Assembly (NCBI GenBank): GCA_030141605.1
Contig: JAQGDQ010000515.1
Location: 62,001-126,000, forward strand
Length of the DNA stretch: 64,000 nucleotides
DNA from: Tubiluchus corallicola
Lineage: Eukaryota; Animalia; Priapulida
Direction of reading: 5' to 3'
The notes beneath the pieces are model-generated. The model was not told the DNA's origin, ran no database searches, and saw only the letters and a program-made list of their open reading frames with translations. A program made the position numbers and the translations under genes. Positions 13,301 to 25,813 of the stretch are shown one piece after another. Position 1 is the first letter of the stretch. Each line of letters begins with the position of its first letter.

Positions 13301-14721
13301 AATATTTATTACCTGGATGGAATTCATCTTTCATGATAACGTGCGCTCTCTTTGTGACCCTAGTTTCATACAAATATGCCATATGGAGTTTGTTTTGCCC
13401 CGACGCAATTTATAGTTGTCATAGAATCCATTTTCTGGTTCATATTATATACAGAACTCCTTTTATCGTAGTCGTGAATCCATTTTTTGGTAAAAATGAA
13501 GAACCATCGTGACGCTACTATTTATGACCTGGCAAACAACTTATTATATGAATGAGACCGGTGTCATGGCAAAATAGACCTCTTTATAGAGTTACTTCGC
13601 AAGCAAGGAACCGGAAAACTGTTAAGTTTCAAATTAAACGTGTCAAGTTAAAGGTAAATTAAAAATCACACCCGTTTCAATTATAATTATTTTTCTTACA
13701 GGTGAACGGTCATCGTGATTACGTAAAGAAGTTGCCCATAGTCCTGAAAGCCGTTGACATACGTACCATAGATGAGGTGGATCCGGTTAATTCCAGTCCG
13801 GCTCGCGTGCCTAAGAACCCGATCGGTCGGCTGGCTGTGTCTAGCAGCAGCTCCGACGTGGAACTCGCCAAGAAATCTAAGCAAACATCCGTGAAGGGCT
13901 CGAGCAGTTTGAATGCATTGCAACAGGCTGCAAGGGCGTCCGGCAGAGGTTCCGCATCAGCGGATGCGGTTGTAGAAAGTGCCAAAGATGCTTTAACAGC
14001 AGAAACTGAGAAAGAAAACGAAGGCAAAGAGAAGAGAATAATAATGAAGAAAGGTAATGGGGACCAAGTGTCCAAAGACTTGAGAACTAAGGATCTGACT
14101 ACAGTAGATGACAACAGTGAATGCGTCCAAAGAACAGAAACTGAAATTTCGGAGAAAACAGTCGAGAATAAACCAGCAGAAGAAACGTTAGATGCAGCTG
14201 GGCAGAAGAGAAATGGCAATGCGATGGAAAGTGTTCACAATGAGGGTGAGGAACTTATGACAGGTGGACATGATGAACTATCTGATAGCACCGTCCACAA
14301 TGAGGGTGAGGAACTTATGGCAGGTGGACATGACGAACTATCTGAAAGCACCGTCCACAATGAGGGTGAGGAACTTATGACAGGTGGACATGATGAACTA
14401 TCTGAAAGCACTGTCCACAATAAGGATGAAGAACTTATGACAGGTGGACATGACGAACTATCTGAGAGCACTGTCCACAATAAGGATGAAGAACTTATGA
14501 CAGGTGGACATGACGAACTATCTGAAAGCACCGTCCACAATGAGGGTGAAGAACTCATGACAGGTGGACATGACGAACTATCTGAGAGCATTGTCCAGGA
14601 TAAGCCGGTTTCGAGTGTTAGAACCGAATACGTTAAACACGTCGTGGATGACCTTGAGAAAGATGCTGTTGACGACGTCGTGGATATTAACGACCGAAGG
14701 CGTGAAATCAAACCAGAATGA
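1341..14721 (+). CDS. TMCO4: Transmembrane and coiled-coil domain protein 4 (DUF726, alpha/beta-hydrolase-like); 5'-partial, 9 exons in window
   Basis: Phase-consistent GT-AG exons 1341-1438, 2267-2410, 4120-4239, 5651-5815, 7832-7968, 9976-10060, 11286-11403, 12240-12357, 13702-14721. Translation gives family motifs: AVAGGALIGLTGGLAAP, GSLFGVAGAGLTGYKM, LKWESKHL, AWPTSL...IIDNPWSV, GKRPVTLVGFSLGARV (GxSxG serine), VSGRIVNGY, DWLLKFLYR, VNGHRDY. Confidence 0.93.
3788..4027. mobile_element. Foldback MITE with about 83-bp inverted arms
   Basis: Near-perfect inverted repeat atgttgatactttatggaatttcagacc...tactcgagtt / aactcgagta...gtatcaacat around a spacer of about 70 bp. Confidence 0.8.
4310..4575. 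repeat. (ACTG)n degenerate microsatellite
   Basis: Seen directly. Confidence 0.9.
5150..5597 (-). mobile_element. MITE family A partial copy
   Basis: Shares acaaactaacacatc..., gtggtaataattctttcacgtaa and the terminus ttgggtccagtttt with the family. Confidence 0.7.
5855..6270. repeat. About 60-bp minisatellite, about 7 copies
   Basis: Unit tggttttgcctggtaaatggctcagttatatgaccttgtcag.... Confidence 0.9.
6470..6705. repeat. 24-bp minisatellite, about 10 copies
   Basis: Unit gcacaacaaagtgttcacgtgatgt. Confidence 0.9.
8085..8648 (-). mobile_element. MITE family A partial copy with an internal AT-rich insertion
   Basis: Family sequence interrupted at about 8190-8380 by a segment also present at 7400-7580. 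Ends gtccggttttgct|ttaa. Confidence 0.7.
10230..10707. repeat. 22-bp purine-rich minisatellite
   Basis: Unit gggaagaaatgtatgacaggac. Confidence 0.9.
11500..12038 (-). mobile_element. MITE family A partial copy
   Basis: Family internal sequence (ggcgagcccaactattgatgacatcacaaactaac) and the terminus ttgggtacagttttat|ttaa. Confidence 0.7.
12420..13040. repeat. (TAGG)n microsatellite
   Basis: Seen directly; it causes the LPTY-repeat spurious ORFs. Confidence 0.95.
13040..13420 (-). mobile_element. Rex1/Babar- or L2-type LINE 3' remnant
   Basis: Minus ORF ..IMKDEFHPGNKYFEMLLSGCRYRPINAKTTRTLNSFYPIAI.. matches the D..HP...F..LPSGRRY...NSF.P.AI C-terminus. It is followed by AATAAA and a (CCTA)n tail. 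Confidence 0.75.
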
Positions 14722-15649
14722 GACCAGCAGCAAACCTGCTCAAGAGACGGTTAATCCGCCTCTAACCGATGAAAATGTGATGAGCAGCACCGAGAAATTA
14801 GAAAATCTTAATGCACTTGGTTCAGACCGCCAGGCTGAAATCGCATCGAACGACATGTGTGATCTTAGTGAAAACTTTGTTAAGAATGAAATCTGTGATG
14901 CAATCCATGCCGAGCTGTTGTGTTGTATGCCACTGTCTAGTCTAGAAAGCTTCCCGTTGACAGTCACTGACAGCAGTCAGTGCTGTACTGATGATGATAA
15001 TTGTCAGTGACTGTATATACAGGGTGGACGCAGAAAAGTAAGCTGCTTTTAAAGTGCCGTAAAGCTGAGAATTCTTATTTAAATTCCTTATAAATTTTAT
15101 TGTCTGAAATAGAAATGTGGTTTTAGAACTTAAATGCTAATTTATGACAAGAAAGTGCGAAAAAACCATTTTATATTTGACATTAGTATATTGTGTTGTC
15201 TTTACGGTATTGATATTTTCTTTATTGTATTGGATATTATTATGATTGTATTATCAATAAAGCCATTGAGCAATTCATTCGATTGAGAAAAATATAAGTG
15301 CCAGGAAAAAGAATTGAACAGTTTTTCATGTAACTGAAAGGATAAATTATATTACTTGTTTGTTTTGAAAATGAGAGATTTTTATTTTAACTATATTAAA
15401 AGCTCTAATCTCTTCATTTTTTTATTTAATATTTGGTATTATTCGCAATACAGGCATTCGGGACAAAATGTTTCGCTCAAATGCAAAGAGAAAATATTTC
15501 TTTCAACTTACTGTTTTTAAATAAACGGCTTACTTTTCTGTGTTCGTCAATTACATGTGAAAGCAAAATCGTCCATAAGTATTACGCTTTTCTCATTGAA
15601 GTTGAGGTCAGTTTGTGTGAGCTTGCATAGGAAAATCAACAATAAAGCT

Positions 15650-16175
15650 TGTCTAGTTATTCATATATCCTGAATCTCTATTTCATGAGGTTCATTTTGA
15701 TACCAAGTTCATCGCTCTACGTTATTTCTAAGCTGAGATAATCAACATTGAAGTTGAGGTGCAGGCTACGCACTGAAAAACATAACCTTGAGAAAATCTC
15801 TGTTAAAGTCAGCCATTGTTTTTGTCGCGTATCTGCAAAACACTTAGCAACCGTACGACAGTGTGGTTGCCATGGATTTTACAAGAGCAAATTGAATTTA
15901 CGTTTAAACCCAGTAGATGGCTCTTCCTGGGTATGATCTGATCTGCTCTTGAGTGAGTAAGCAGCTATAAAATTAGATTTTTTGTATTTTTGGACGTTTT
16001 CCTCATGATTTGATGCTAGAATATAAAAGTATATATTCTTTTTTTATATATATTTAGCATTTGTTTCATAAAAAATAAAAAATCGACATTTGACCAGATT
16101 TTTGGTGCTTTCTACTTTGAGGCATCAAAACTTAGGTTTAACTATGCCAACTTATGGACGGTTTTGGTTTGCAAG
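15650..16175. repeat. Dispersed repeat family (copies at 40925-41520 and inverted at about 58790-59300)
   Basis: Colinear similarity (tatcctgaatct.catttcatgagg, ctaagctgagataat, cacttagcaaccgtacga). Class not determined. Confidence 0.7.
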
Positions 16176-17574
16176 CACACATACCGTTAGCAGATTGTCT
16201 TAGTGACGGACATTGTCAAGTGATCTGCTTGCGAAAAAAACCATTTTGCTGTGTTTTGAACGTGATGCAAATGGAATTGGAAATGAATTTTAAATCGTGT
16301 TTTGTGTTATGAGGTGTGTAAAAACGTCGTCCTTACAAATGATCTTATAAAAATGAAAATTTGGCAATTTTGATATTCAATTTCTGCATTTTTCGTGTTG
16401 CGGCTGTGGAAAGACTAATTACTATTATTCCGTTTTCTTAGGAATGCATTTAATTTGCGTTTTTTCTACCAACCGGATTAAAAACTCCCGCAAGTCTTTC
16501 CCGGGGGATGTGTAAAATTCAATTTCCTGTTTCAAATCCATCCACTAAAAGTTTTTATAACCACACAAATGATCTGAGATTCGTTTGTCATGTGATTAAA
16601 AATTTATTTATTTACTTTTCTAATTTTTTGTGACGCATGTAAATTATTTGTAAGGTTGTGCATATAGCCCATTTTTAAAGTTTTATCAAGTGAATTTATG
16701 ACTGACTATTGAGTCACGACAAGTGCGTGTAGATTAATTATTCACTAATTAATTAGTAATTATTAATAATTAACTAACTAATAATTAATTAGTAATTGTT
16801 AATAATTAACTAATTAATAATGAATTAGTAACTATCAATAATAAACTAATTAATTATTAATAATTAATTAATTATTCACTAATTCATTATTGTTAATTAA
16901 TTAAACCTTAAATAATATTTAAGGCTAATGAAAGATGAACTGACACTTATAGGATTTTTTAAGCAAATTTGACTATAATGATGACAGTTTAAAAGCCGCT
17001 GGTTCAATTCAGCCCTAGTGAGGACTTTTTCGCATTTACTTTTAACGAAGTTTGTTTTAGAAAATGTTATAATTGTTGTCTTAATTCCAACACGTTGCAC
17101 GTAGGAATGTGTGTTAAGCTTTTGATAAATCTTACGTACCAAGTTTTAATTAGAGAGATTCATTTTGCGATTACTATTATTAGTGTAATTAGTAATTTTT
17201 TACAAATTGTATGATTATATTTTACGTACTGCTACGGAACTTACGGACTAACTTGTTGTACTGTTACGTCCCACTATTTGTTTATTGTCTTTTAAAGTGA
17301 CAAACATTTTGTTTCAAATGTTTTTTGGTGAATTAATGTAATAAATTTTGAAAATCAAAGAGACAACTAGTTATTAATCAGTTTACCTGTTCTGGGGGCA
17401 TGGTGGGGAAAAGGGATGACCGTTGAAGAGGGGCGTTAAGCACACTTCTGTCAAGGGCGTGAAATTACCTAGAGCCGGCCTTGACAACAACGTATCATTT
17501 TGCAGGTAGATTTCCCCCACTTTATTCCGAACCAGAAGCTAGCAATAATGGGTCTGATTTTGCAATACTGTAGT

Positions 17575-18538
17575 CTTCGTAACACTCGCACAATCGTAAC
17601 ACTCGCGTAATTGTAACGCTTCGTAACAATCACACAATCATAACGCTTCGTAACACTTGTGCAATCGTAACACTCGCACAATCGTAACTCTTCGTAACAC
17701 TCGCACAATCATAACGCTTCGTAACACTTGTGCAATCGCAACACTTTGTAACACTCGCACAATCGTAACACTTCGTAACACTCGCACAATCGTAACTCTT
17801 CATAACACTCGCGCAATCGTAACATTCGCGCAATTGCAACGCTTCGTAACACTTGCGCAATCGTAACGCTTCGTAACACTCGTGCAATCGTAACACTCAC
17901 GCAATTGCAACGCTTCGTAACACTTGCGCAATCGTAACACTCGCGTAATCGTAATGCTTCGTAACACTCGCACAATCGTAACGCTTCGTAACACTTGTGC
18001 AATCGCAACGCTTTGTAACACTTGCACAATCGTAACGCTTCATAACACTCGCGCAATCGCAACACTTCGTAATACTCGCACAATCGTAACACTCGCACAA
18101 TCGTAACTCTTCATAACACTCGCGCAATCGTAACACTCGCGCAATGGCAACGCTTCGTAACACTTGCGCAATCGTAACGCTTCGTAACACTCGCGCAATC
18201 GCAACGCTTCGTAACACTTGCGCAATCATAATACTCGCGTAATCGTAATGCTTCGTAACACTCGCACAATCGTAACGCTTCGTAACACTTGTGCAATCGC
18301 AACGCTTTGTAACCCTTGCACAATCGTAACGCTTCATAACAGTCGCGCAATCGCAACGCTTCATAATACTCGCACAATCGTAACACTTGCACAATCGTAA
18401 CTCTTCATAACACTCGCGCAATGGCAACGCTTCGTAACACTTGCGCAATCGTAACGCTTCGTAACACTCGTGCAATCATAACACTCGCGCAATCGCAATG
18501 CTTTGTAACACTCGCGCAATTGTAATGCTTCGTAACAC
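17575..18538. repeat. Composite 15/24-bp satellite array
   Basis: Units cgtaacactcgcacaat and cgtaacgcttcgtaacact.... Confidence 0.9.
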
Positions 18539-18773
18539 ACAACTAGCAAATGAAAGAACTTGAAAAGTATTTATAAAATGTTCTTATATATTTACAATTT
18601 TGTGTCATAAATGTTATTAAACAAGATTCAATTTTGACAAATGAGTGTCAAGGATAGTGTAAGCTGCACTATAGTATAATCACTGCAATTGTGCCCAAAA
18701 TGGCAGACAACTTTCATTATAAATTTTGTTATTGTGCAAAAAAGACGTTTATCAAAAAAAACGTCCACATTAA

Positions 18774-19232
18774 AGGACAAGAAAAGGCCTAGTTAATGCA
18801 AGTCTCAAAAAATTGTCGCTAAAGAATTATAACGGCTAGAGGCAATCTTAAGTGTTTATCGTACTCACGTTAAAATAATTTCCTGTTTGTTTTCATTTCA
18901 AGTACTCCCGCGAGACTGTCACAGCGGCGCCATATTAGATGGCGTCACAGACCCACAACACAAATCTTTATAGTACACGTGCTCAGAACTCACTGCGACT
19001 GTGTTCGAGTGATGTCATGCCACGTGATCAGTCATATGCTGGCTTTTCAAATGGCGGACTAAATGAAACATATCTGCGCAAACGTTTACTGCAGCGGTTG
19101 GAATATTTTACAAAAATTGGAGTAAATGCAAAAACGTGAATACTTTATTCACGTAAGATTATACTTAGGTGATATAATTTTTTATTTCGAATTTTATGAG
19201 GCTTACTTTGGTTGGCCATTTTCTTGTCCTGT
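18774..19232. mobile_element. Kolobok-like MITE family C (related fragment at about 36085-36270)
   Basis: Inverted ends ttaaaggacaagaaaa / ttttcttgtcctgtaa. Confidence 0.6.
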
Positions 19233-19827
19233 AAGTCCTTGCTTAACGAATCTAATGCAGTCCAGCAAAACTCGACGTTAAGCGAAACGTCATTAAACGA
19301 AGCTGAGACGTCCACTGAAAGTAGTGTAAAAGAACTGAGATACGTCACTGAGGGTAAAATCTATGCTGCTTTAATTTAAGCGTATAAATTAAACATTTTG
19401 TGAGTTTTATTCACACTTCTACTGATTAATTTCTTTCTTTTTGCTTGAAACTACATATCTTTCTTACCGGTATCTAGTTAGACTTGCTGGCGGTTTCTTT
19501 TAACGATACTGGCAGTTATCGGCGTAGTGAAAGCCAGGCCTTGGATAATGTCATGAATGTAGTACTAGGTGGTTGTTATAGAAACACGATGCAGATAAAT
19601 TTCCTTGATGTAAATCTCTTGAACTAGGCTTTTAGAGGCGTATAAACAGATTTTGCTTAATACAAACAGCTAGCATTTAGTGCATAGTTGGTCAGGAAGG
19701 AAAAACATATCATAATCGTAGTGTTTTACGTTAGAAGTATGTTTTTAGATACAATTTATACCATTTTTAGTGCTTTTAATTAGGTAAAAAGTAGTTAAAT
19801 AAAAAAAAGACTTTGGGGAAAGTAATA

Positions 19828-20025
19828 AAATCGTCGTTAAAGCGAGACATGCGTCGTCAAGTTAAAAAAATCGTCGTTAAAGTGAAACGTGTGTCATTGA
19901 GTGAAAAAAAATCGTCGTTAAAGTGAAACCTGTGTCATTGAGTGAAAAAAATCGTCGTTAAAGTGAAGCATGTGTCATTGAGTGAAAAAAATCGTCGTTA
20001 AAGTGAAACGTGCGTCGTTAAGTGA
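19828..20025. repeat. 39-bp minisatellite, about 5 copies
   Basis: Unit aaaaaatcgtcgttaaagtgaaacgtgtgtcattgagtg. Confidence 0.85.
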
Positions 20026-20370
20026 GGAGACGGTGTCAAAAACAAAACGTCGCTAAACGGGGTGTTGTTAAGCGAGGACTTACTACAATATGACGCATTA
20101 GCCTCACAATCCAATCTGTCAAGCAACAATGTTCTCAACTCACTACATATAAACCATGGACAGTGAAGCACTAGGCACGCAATGCAAATTGACAGTCGCA
20201 CTGTCTCTTTGAAGCCCATCTGCCAGGCTGTCACGTCACGCCTTTTGCCGTAAACTAGGGATTCAAACCAGTAATGTCCAACTTTTCTAAACACACTGTA
20301 ATATAGCACATTCAGCACACAACTACGACATGACTTTCATAAATAAGGCTTTAAGCTATTTGATAACTCT

Positions 20371-23300
20371 TTACTGTTTCTCTTCACTTTTTCCTCTTTC
20401 TTTCTCCTCTTCCTCTGATTCACCATCGCTAACTTCTAGGAAGAATAAGTTCTGCGCTTCTCTCTTTCCCACCGGAATTGCCAGTTTAGCGCCGGAGGCG
20501 GAGTCGGTCAGCAGATCGTCCACAGCCGGATTCAGTTTCTCGTTTATTCTCAACTCCGCTCCGTCGCGCAACGCGCAGATGACGACGCGTGCGATGTTGC
20601 GGGCGTCGTCCAGTCCGCTGTGCTGTCGACCTTCCAGCGTCAGACCGAGCGCTTCCAGCATCGCTATCAAGTTCGTGCGCTGCGTGTCGTAAAAATTACC
20701 GAACGTCTTTCGCACGTTGATCCATCGCTTGCCCCACCTCGGAAACGGAAGCCCACTGATTTGACACTGGCCACGTAAGAAACGACCCATGTCCCAAGGC
20801 CTGTAAATAAATAAACCCAATGTGGCCGTCAATTTCGTTACACTCAATGAGTTTTGCATTTTTAGCGAAACGTTAACGTTAAAAACACACCTAACAAATC
20901 CGAAATACGAAGCAATGGATTACTAGTTTTTTGATTTTATCACTGCCATGGAATACGCTTTTTCTTAAAAATTTAGAATACGTGATTGTAGCTGTGACCG
21001 AGGAAGATTTACCATTGATGATCTATGACTTGGTATATAAGACTGGGATAGTAATTTGTGAAGACGCACTGAATGTCTGGAATTTCGCCAAATTTTTCGG
21101 TTAGTTAGGCATTATCACGGTGGCCACTTCTGTCCACGCATTTGCAAGTTTGACAAATATGAAAGGAAATGGTGTTCACGACGGATGATTAGTGATGAAA
21201 TCAGTAATATGTTAAGTGTAATTTGATGGTTATTTTACTGCTAATTAGTAGGGGTCAAAGTCACAAATTCAGTTCGATTCGAATTTGCTTTCTGGTAGAG
21301 AATGCTCACCCCTACTAATTAGTCAAAATACAGCGAGTAAGTTTCATAGAAGCAGTGCATATCGGACCAATGGTTCCGAAGACAACAAGGGCAAAATTGA
21401 TTCATTTACATCTATATTTACTGAAGTTACGTGTTTTCGTTATGAACGAGTTGAATTCAGTGTGGCTGCATTTCCTACATCAATAAGTGGAGAAACATGT
21501 AAAATGGTGCAGAAAAGAATTCACCCATAAAGTCGAATTCAACCACAGTAAAACTGAATTCAAATAGTCAAAAGTATTGCAACGTCACAAAATTAAAAAC
21601 CGACAAAAAGTGTTACATGAACAACAGCAACGAGAGCAAAAACGACAATAAAATTACGGCAAAAGCGACCTATCTATAGAGTTACCTCGCGAGAGAATAA
21701 CACAAAAATATTCATTTAATAAAATGATAATAAAGCACTTTAAAAATGTGTTACAAATCTGCTTGTAATGGCGCCACAAGGAGACAGATAAACCCCCTAA
21801 CTTTTAAGACAATACTTTAAATTTCACAGCAATGGCAACAAACACTACCTACCCATCTGTAACAACTGCAAATGATTTATTATTTCCCAAGTCATGAGCT
21901 TCTAGCCAAGAGTCGGCTCTTTTGAGGACGGTACTGAAATCGTCAGCTCCGTCGACAGTTGCCTAAAAAGTAACAACATCGTATCCATAAAAGTAACAAC
22001 AGCTCGAGAGGAAACAAATTTTGTAAGTAATTATAACTTCATCTGTAGCTGCCATTATTGGAAAAACGAAGGATTTCATCCGTTCTGCTGAAATTCTTTG
22101 AGTTACATGAAAATTTGAGTTATATATTTTAAGTTAAGCGATGTATTTTGTGGGAAAAATGAAGGATTTCATCCATTCTGCTGAAATTCTTTGAGTTACA
22201 TGAAAATTTGAGTTATATATTTTAAGTTAAGCGATGTATTATGTGGGAAAAACGAAGGATTTCATCCGTTCTACTGAAATTCTTTGAGTTAGACAAAAAT
22301 TTGAGTTATATATTTTGAGTTAAGCGATGTATTTTGTGGGAAAAACGAAGGATTTCATCCGTTCTGCTGAAATTCTTTGAGTTACGCGAAAATTTGAGCT
22401 ATGCAATTTTGAGTTATGTGGAGTTTACTGTAGTTCTTTATTGTTCTTTCAGAATAGTTAACTATGCAACCTAAGCTTAATGTCTTCTCGTATGCGCTAC
22501 AATGATAAGCATAAAAATGTTTTTACAGCACAGTGAAAACTAGCCAATTCAAAAGAAAAGCAAACAGGTTTCGTCAATTCGCACAAAATGCACAACATCC
22601 TGCCATCAAACTTAACGTTCCTTCAAGAAACATCAAATCCTTCAAAAAAGATGCAACGAAAGTTTTCACCTGACTGATTCCGGTCAGCTGCGTGCAGAAC
22701 TCCGACAATTTCGGATGAACTTTTGGACGGACAAACGAGTGAAACTCATCCACCTGAAAAAAAGCATTCAGGTGTACTTAATCAACAGGTATTTCGCCTT
22801 GTATTTAATGCAGTCAGATGAATCCAGCAAAAGGTAAGAACAAATCTACATGCAAGACAAAAAAGTAGACATGAAAGAATATGCGAATGATCAAAAAGAT
22901 ATTAAACACGAATTTGGAAAGCAAGACTCTAGTCACACTATACAAGGCCCTAATTTAAAGGAAGACAGGATGATTTTTCATGTACTACCCCATTTTCAAG
23001 TCGGATAAAAAGTATACATTTTAACATAATTAATACTGCAAGTGTTTCTGAAAATTAAAGAATAGATTAAAAACTTAATTAATGGTGGAAGAGCCTAACT
23101 ATTCATGACATTACAAACTAACATAATTTTCAACAGCAAAAAAATTCCACGAGCGTGTTGCAGGTGTTTACGAAAGCGAAAATTGAAGTACAATTGCTAC
23201 TGTAAGATATTCAGTGTGTTGTACTAAAACTGGGCAAAGTTCTAAGATAAAAATTCGAATTTCAAATTTGATGCTGTGCTCACGCATGAGTTGTTACAAA

Positions 23301-24748
23301 CTAACACAACTGAACTGAGAAGTACAGCGCCTGTTTTTTGAGCAATGGATTTCCGAAATGCAGGTGCTAATGCTAGTCTAACTAGAGAATGGCGAAATGC
23401 ATGTCACAGCGAAGAACGCGAACGTGAAATTGTTTGTGTGGTAATAATTCTTTCACGTAAATCATTCCTGAAAAAATAGTACATTTCCTTTAATAAAATC
23501 ATCCTCATGAAATGGAGGTTAAGGAAATGTGATAACTAGGAAACCTTAATTGCCAACTTATGGACGATTTTGCTATGCAATCGCACATATTTACAAACTG
23601 TTAAGTGAGTTTACCATTTCTAACTTTTCGGTGTCGACGAGTACAATCGGAAATTCTATAATCTCGTGCTGGTACGTCACAGAATTGTAGGCTTGGCAAG
23701 TTGCTTCAAAGTCAATCACACACAGGTAATCGTACTGAGAAACCAGGCCGTTATCAACTGTCTCTTTCGGTTTCTTCTGCCTGGACAGTTTACGTCGCTT
23801 ATAAAAGCTTTTCAAACGCTTTTTTAGAACTTCTTTGTGCCCCCTTGTAAAAACAAAAAAAAATCCTTAAACTATTAATTACAGTCTCCCTCGCTACTTT
23901 GCGGTTTTGTCTATCGTGGACTCGCTGCTTCGCGGGTTTTCAAAAATATTAATGTAAAATATTTATCGCGGTATTTTCGCTGTTTTGCGAGTTTTTGCGG
24001 GACTCTGTCTAAAGTATTTTTGCACACGCGTAGTACGTATTGTACAGTAATGTGTAGATTTGATGAATTTTGCATAAAAAGAATCACAAAATGTATAAAA
24101 ATATATTAAAAATTTTAATTCTAACATTAAAAGAATATCATAAATCACAAAAAATTACCATTTACAGTAAATAGTGTATTTATTCGGCAGACCCACCAAG
24201 AACGAAATGTAGTACTTGCACCTGCTTGAGGTGCTACTTGGCGACGTGAGATTGTACACAACACACGATTAGTTGATTGATGGAAAGTTTTTTAAAAGGT
24301 ACATGTACAGTATGGGAAAAGTTATTAAGGGAATGGGAAAGGGTTATGCATATGAGTGTGGGGAGGGTTTATAAAGACTTAAAATAATGTATAACTACTA
24401 AAATAAGTATAGCGTCCCTACTTCGCGGAAATTCATTTATCGCGGGTGGGCCTGGAACAGAATGCCCGCGATAAGTGATGGAACACTGTATTGTAGAAAA
24501 AATGTAGTTCACTTATTAATATACAGATATGATAAAAATTTGCATTATTTATTATAATAAAGCAACCTGGAATCTAGATTCAAATCCCTCAATTTCTGTT
24601 TCAACATTTCTTTTGTCATTTTGTTTATTTCTCCATTACGAAGAGCAATTTCTTTATAAACAGGGTCGCTGAAATCACTTGTGGTGGGTAAACCCTTCTT
24701 GGCCGCAACAGCCGTCCAGCCTTCTTCACGATCAGGCGTAGAACTCAT
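20371..24748 (-). CDS. ERI1: 3'-5' exoribonuclease 1 (SAP domain + DEDDh exonuclease), about 344 aa
   Basis: Exons 24748-24567, 23843-23615, 22753-22670, 21962-21853, 20800-20371 join in frame (1035 nt). Motifs: SDFSDPVYKEIA and a SAP-like helix, YDYLCVIDFEATC, EIIEFP, FVRP...LSEFCTQLTGISQ, VTDGPWDM, LEGRQHSGLDDARNIARV. Confidence 0.95.
22060..22432. repeat. 93-bp tandem repeat (about 4 copies) ending in a Tigger-like TIR
   Basis: Unit ggaaaaacgaaggatttcatccgttctgctgaaattctttgagtt..., with terminus gagtttactg|ta. Confidence 0.85.
22959..23492 (-). mobile_element. MITE family A partial copy (ERI1 intron)
   Basis: Begins ttaa|aggaagacaggatgattt with the family internal sequence; the other terminus is missing. 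Confidence 0.75.
23882..24488. mobile_element. Tigger/mariner-like MITE
   Basis: TA|cagtctccctcgctac ... gcgataagtgatggaacactg|TA. A second copy lies at 28369-28935. Confidence 0.8.
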
Positions 24749-24855
24749 CTTCTCCTGTAAATGCAAGAAACTGAACATTTGTCAAATCTGCCGTCTTAGT
24801 TCCCACTAAGAACTAAGTGCATTCTCTTTAACTCCTTTAAGACCGCAAGCATTTG

Positions 24856-25380
24856 CAGGGATGAGAATGACAAATTGCAAAAAACTCTGAAACAGGCCGG
24901 GGGTTTGGGGGCCGCGTAGGCCCCCATGGGGGTTCAGGGGGGGCGAAGCCCCCTTGGAGCCAGCAACAAATTGCAATTTTGTGACCATAGAGAGCCTCTA
25001 AGTGGACTTAAAATATCAGTTACCTTGTTTCATGCATAATTTAAAATACCCAACTATCAAGGATACATGATACCTAATTGTCTCAAAAACGCCTAAGTAC
25101 TGGCCGCTCCAATGCAAAAGTATATAAAAACTGTCTGCAATTGACTTAAATAACTCTGCACAATTGATTCTATATTTTTATACATAGAGATATACACGTG
25201 GTTACAGTGATGTACGTGATGTAAACAAAGTAACGGCCTGCCAACTAGCGGTCAGCTTGTGAAATAATGTACTGGGTCCGTAAAAATTTTCTCAACGAAT
25301 TTACGCGATTTACAAAAATGGCACTATTGGTCTTCCAAAAACTCGGAATTCCGCGAATCCACGGAAAATTCTCATCCCTG
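24856..25380. mobile_element. hAT-like MITE
   Basis: TIR cagggatgagaat / attctcatccctg with internal GC hairpins (ggggcgaagcccc). No clear TSD. Confidence 0.6.
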
Positions 25381-25813
25381 CAAATATAATGCACGTGTGA
25401 GAGTGGAGTACGCCACTACCCGAAGTACGACACCTCTGCAATAGCGCATGTGCTAAATTTGTGGAAAAGCAGTGTCGTACATGGGCAGCCCAAATAGGGC
25501 ACTGACGATTTCTGCCGAGAATCAAGAATTATGACATAATAAAACTAAATTTGTTTTAGAAAAAAGTAACTTCAAAATAAGGATAATAATAATTTGACAA
25601 TTTATTTAATGTACTTTTTACAATAGTATCATCATTATTATTAGCTCATTTATTATCATCATAACATTAAACTAAGTAGCTAATGCTTTCAGAAACCATG
25701 CAGGGCACATAGCTCGCTAACCCGTTTACTTAGTATAAAACAATTATTTGTTCAAGAGGGAGTGAAGCTGATCAGCTGTCTTTTCGAAACAAAATAAAAA
25801 ATGATATAATTTA

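Noticed and set aside
14719-14721. Selenocysteine or readthrough at the TMCO4 TGA
   Set aside because: The same frame stops again after about 10 codons and no SECIS is evident; the continuing ORF is in the +1 frame.
17575-18538. CRISPR-like appearance of short repeat arrays (also 32160-32870 and 6470-6705)
   Set aside because: The units are contiguous with no unique spacers, there are no cas genes, and the context is eukaryotic.
21913-21930. Histone stem-loop-like GGCTCTTTT inside ERI1
   Set aside because: The 3' arm does not pair, and it lies on the antisense strand of a coding exon.
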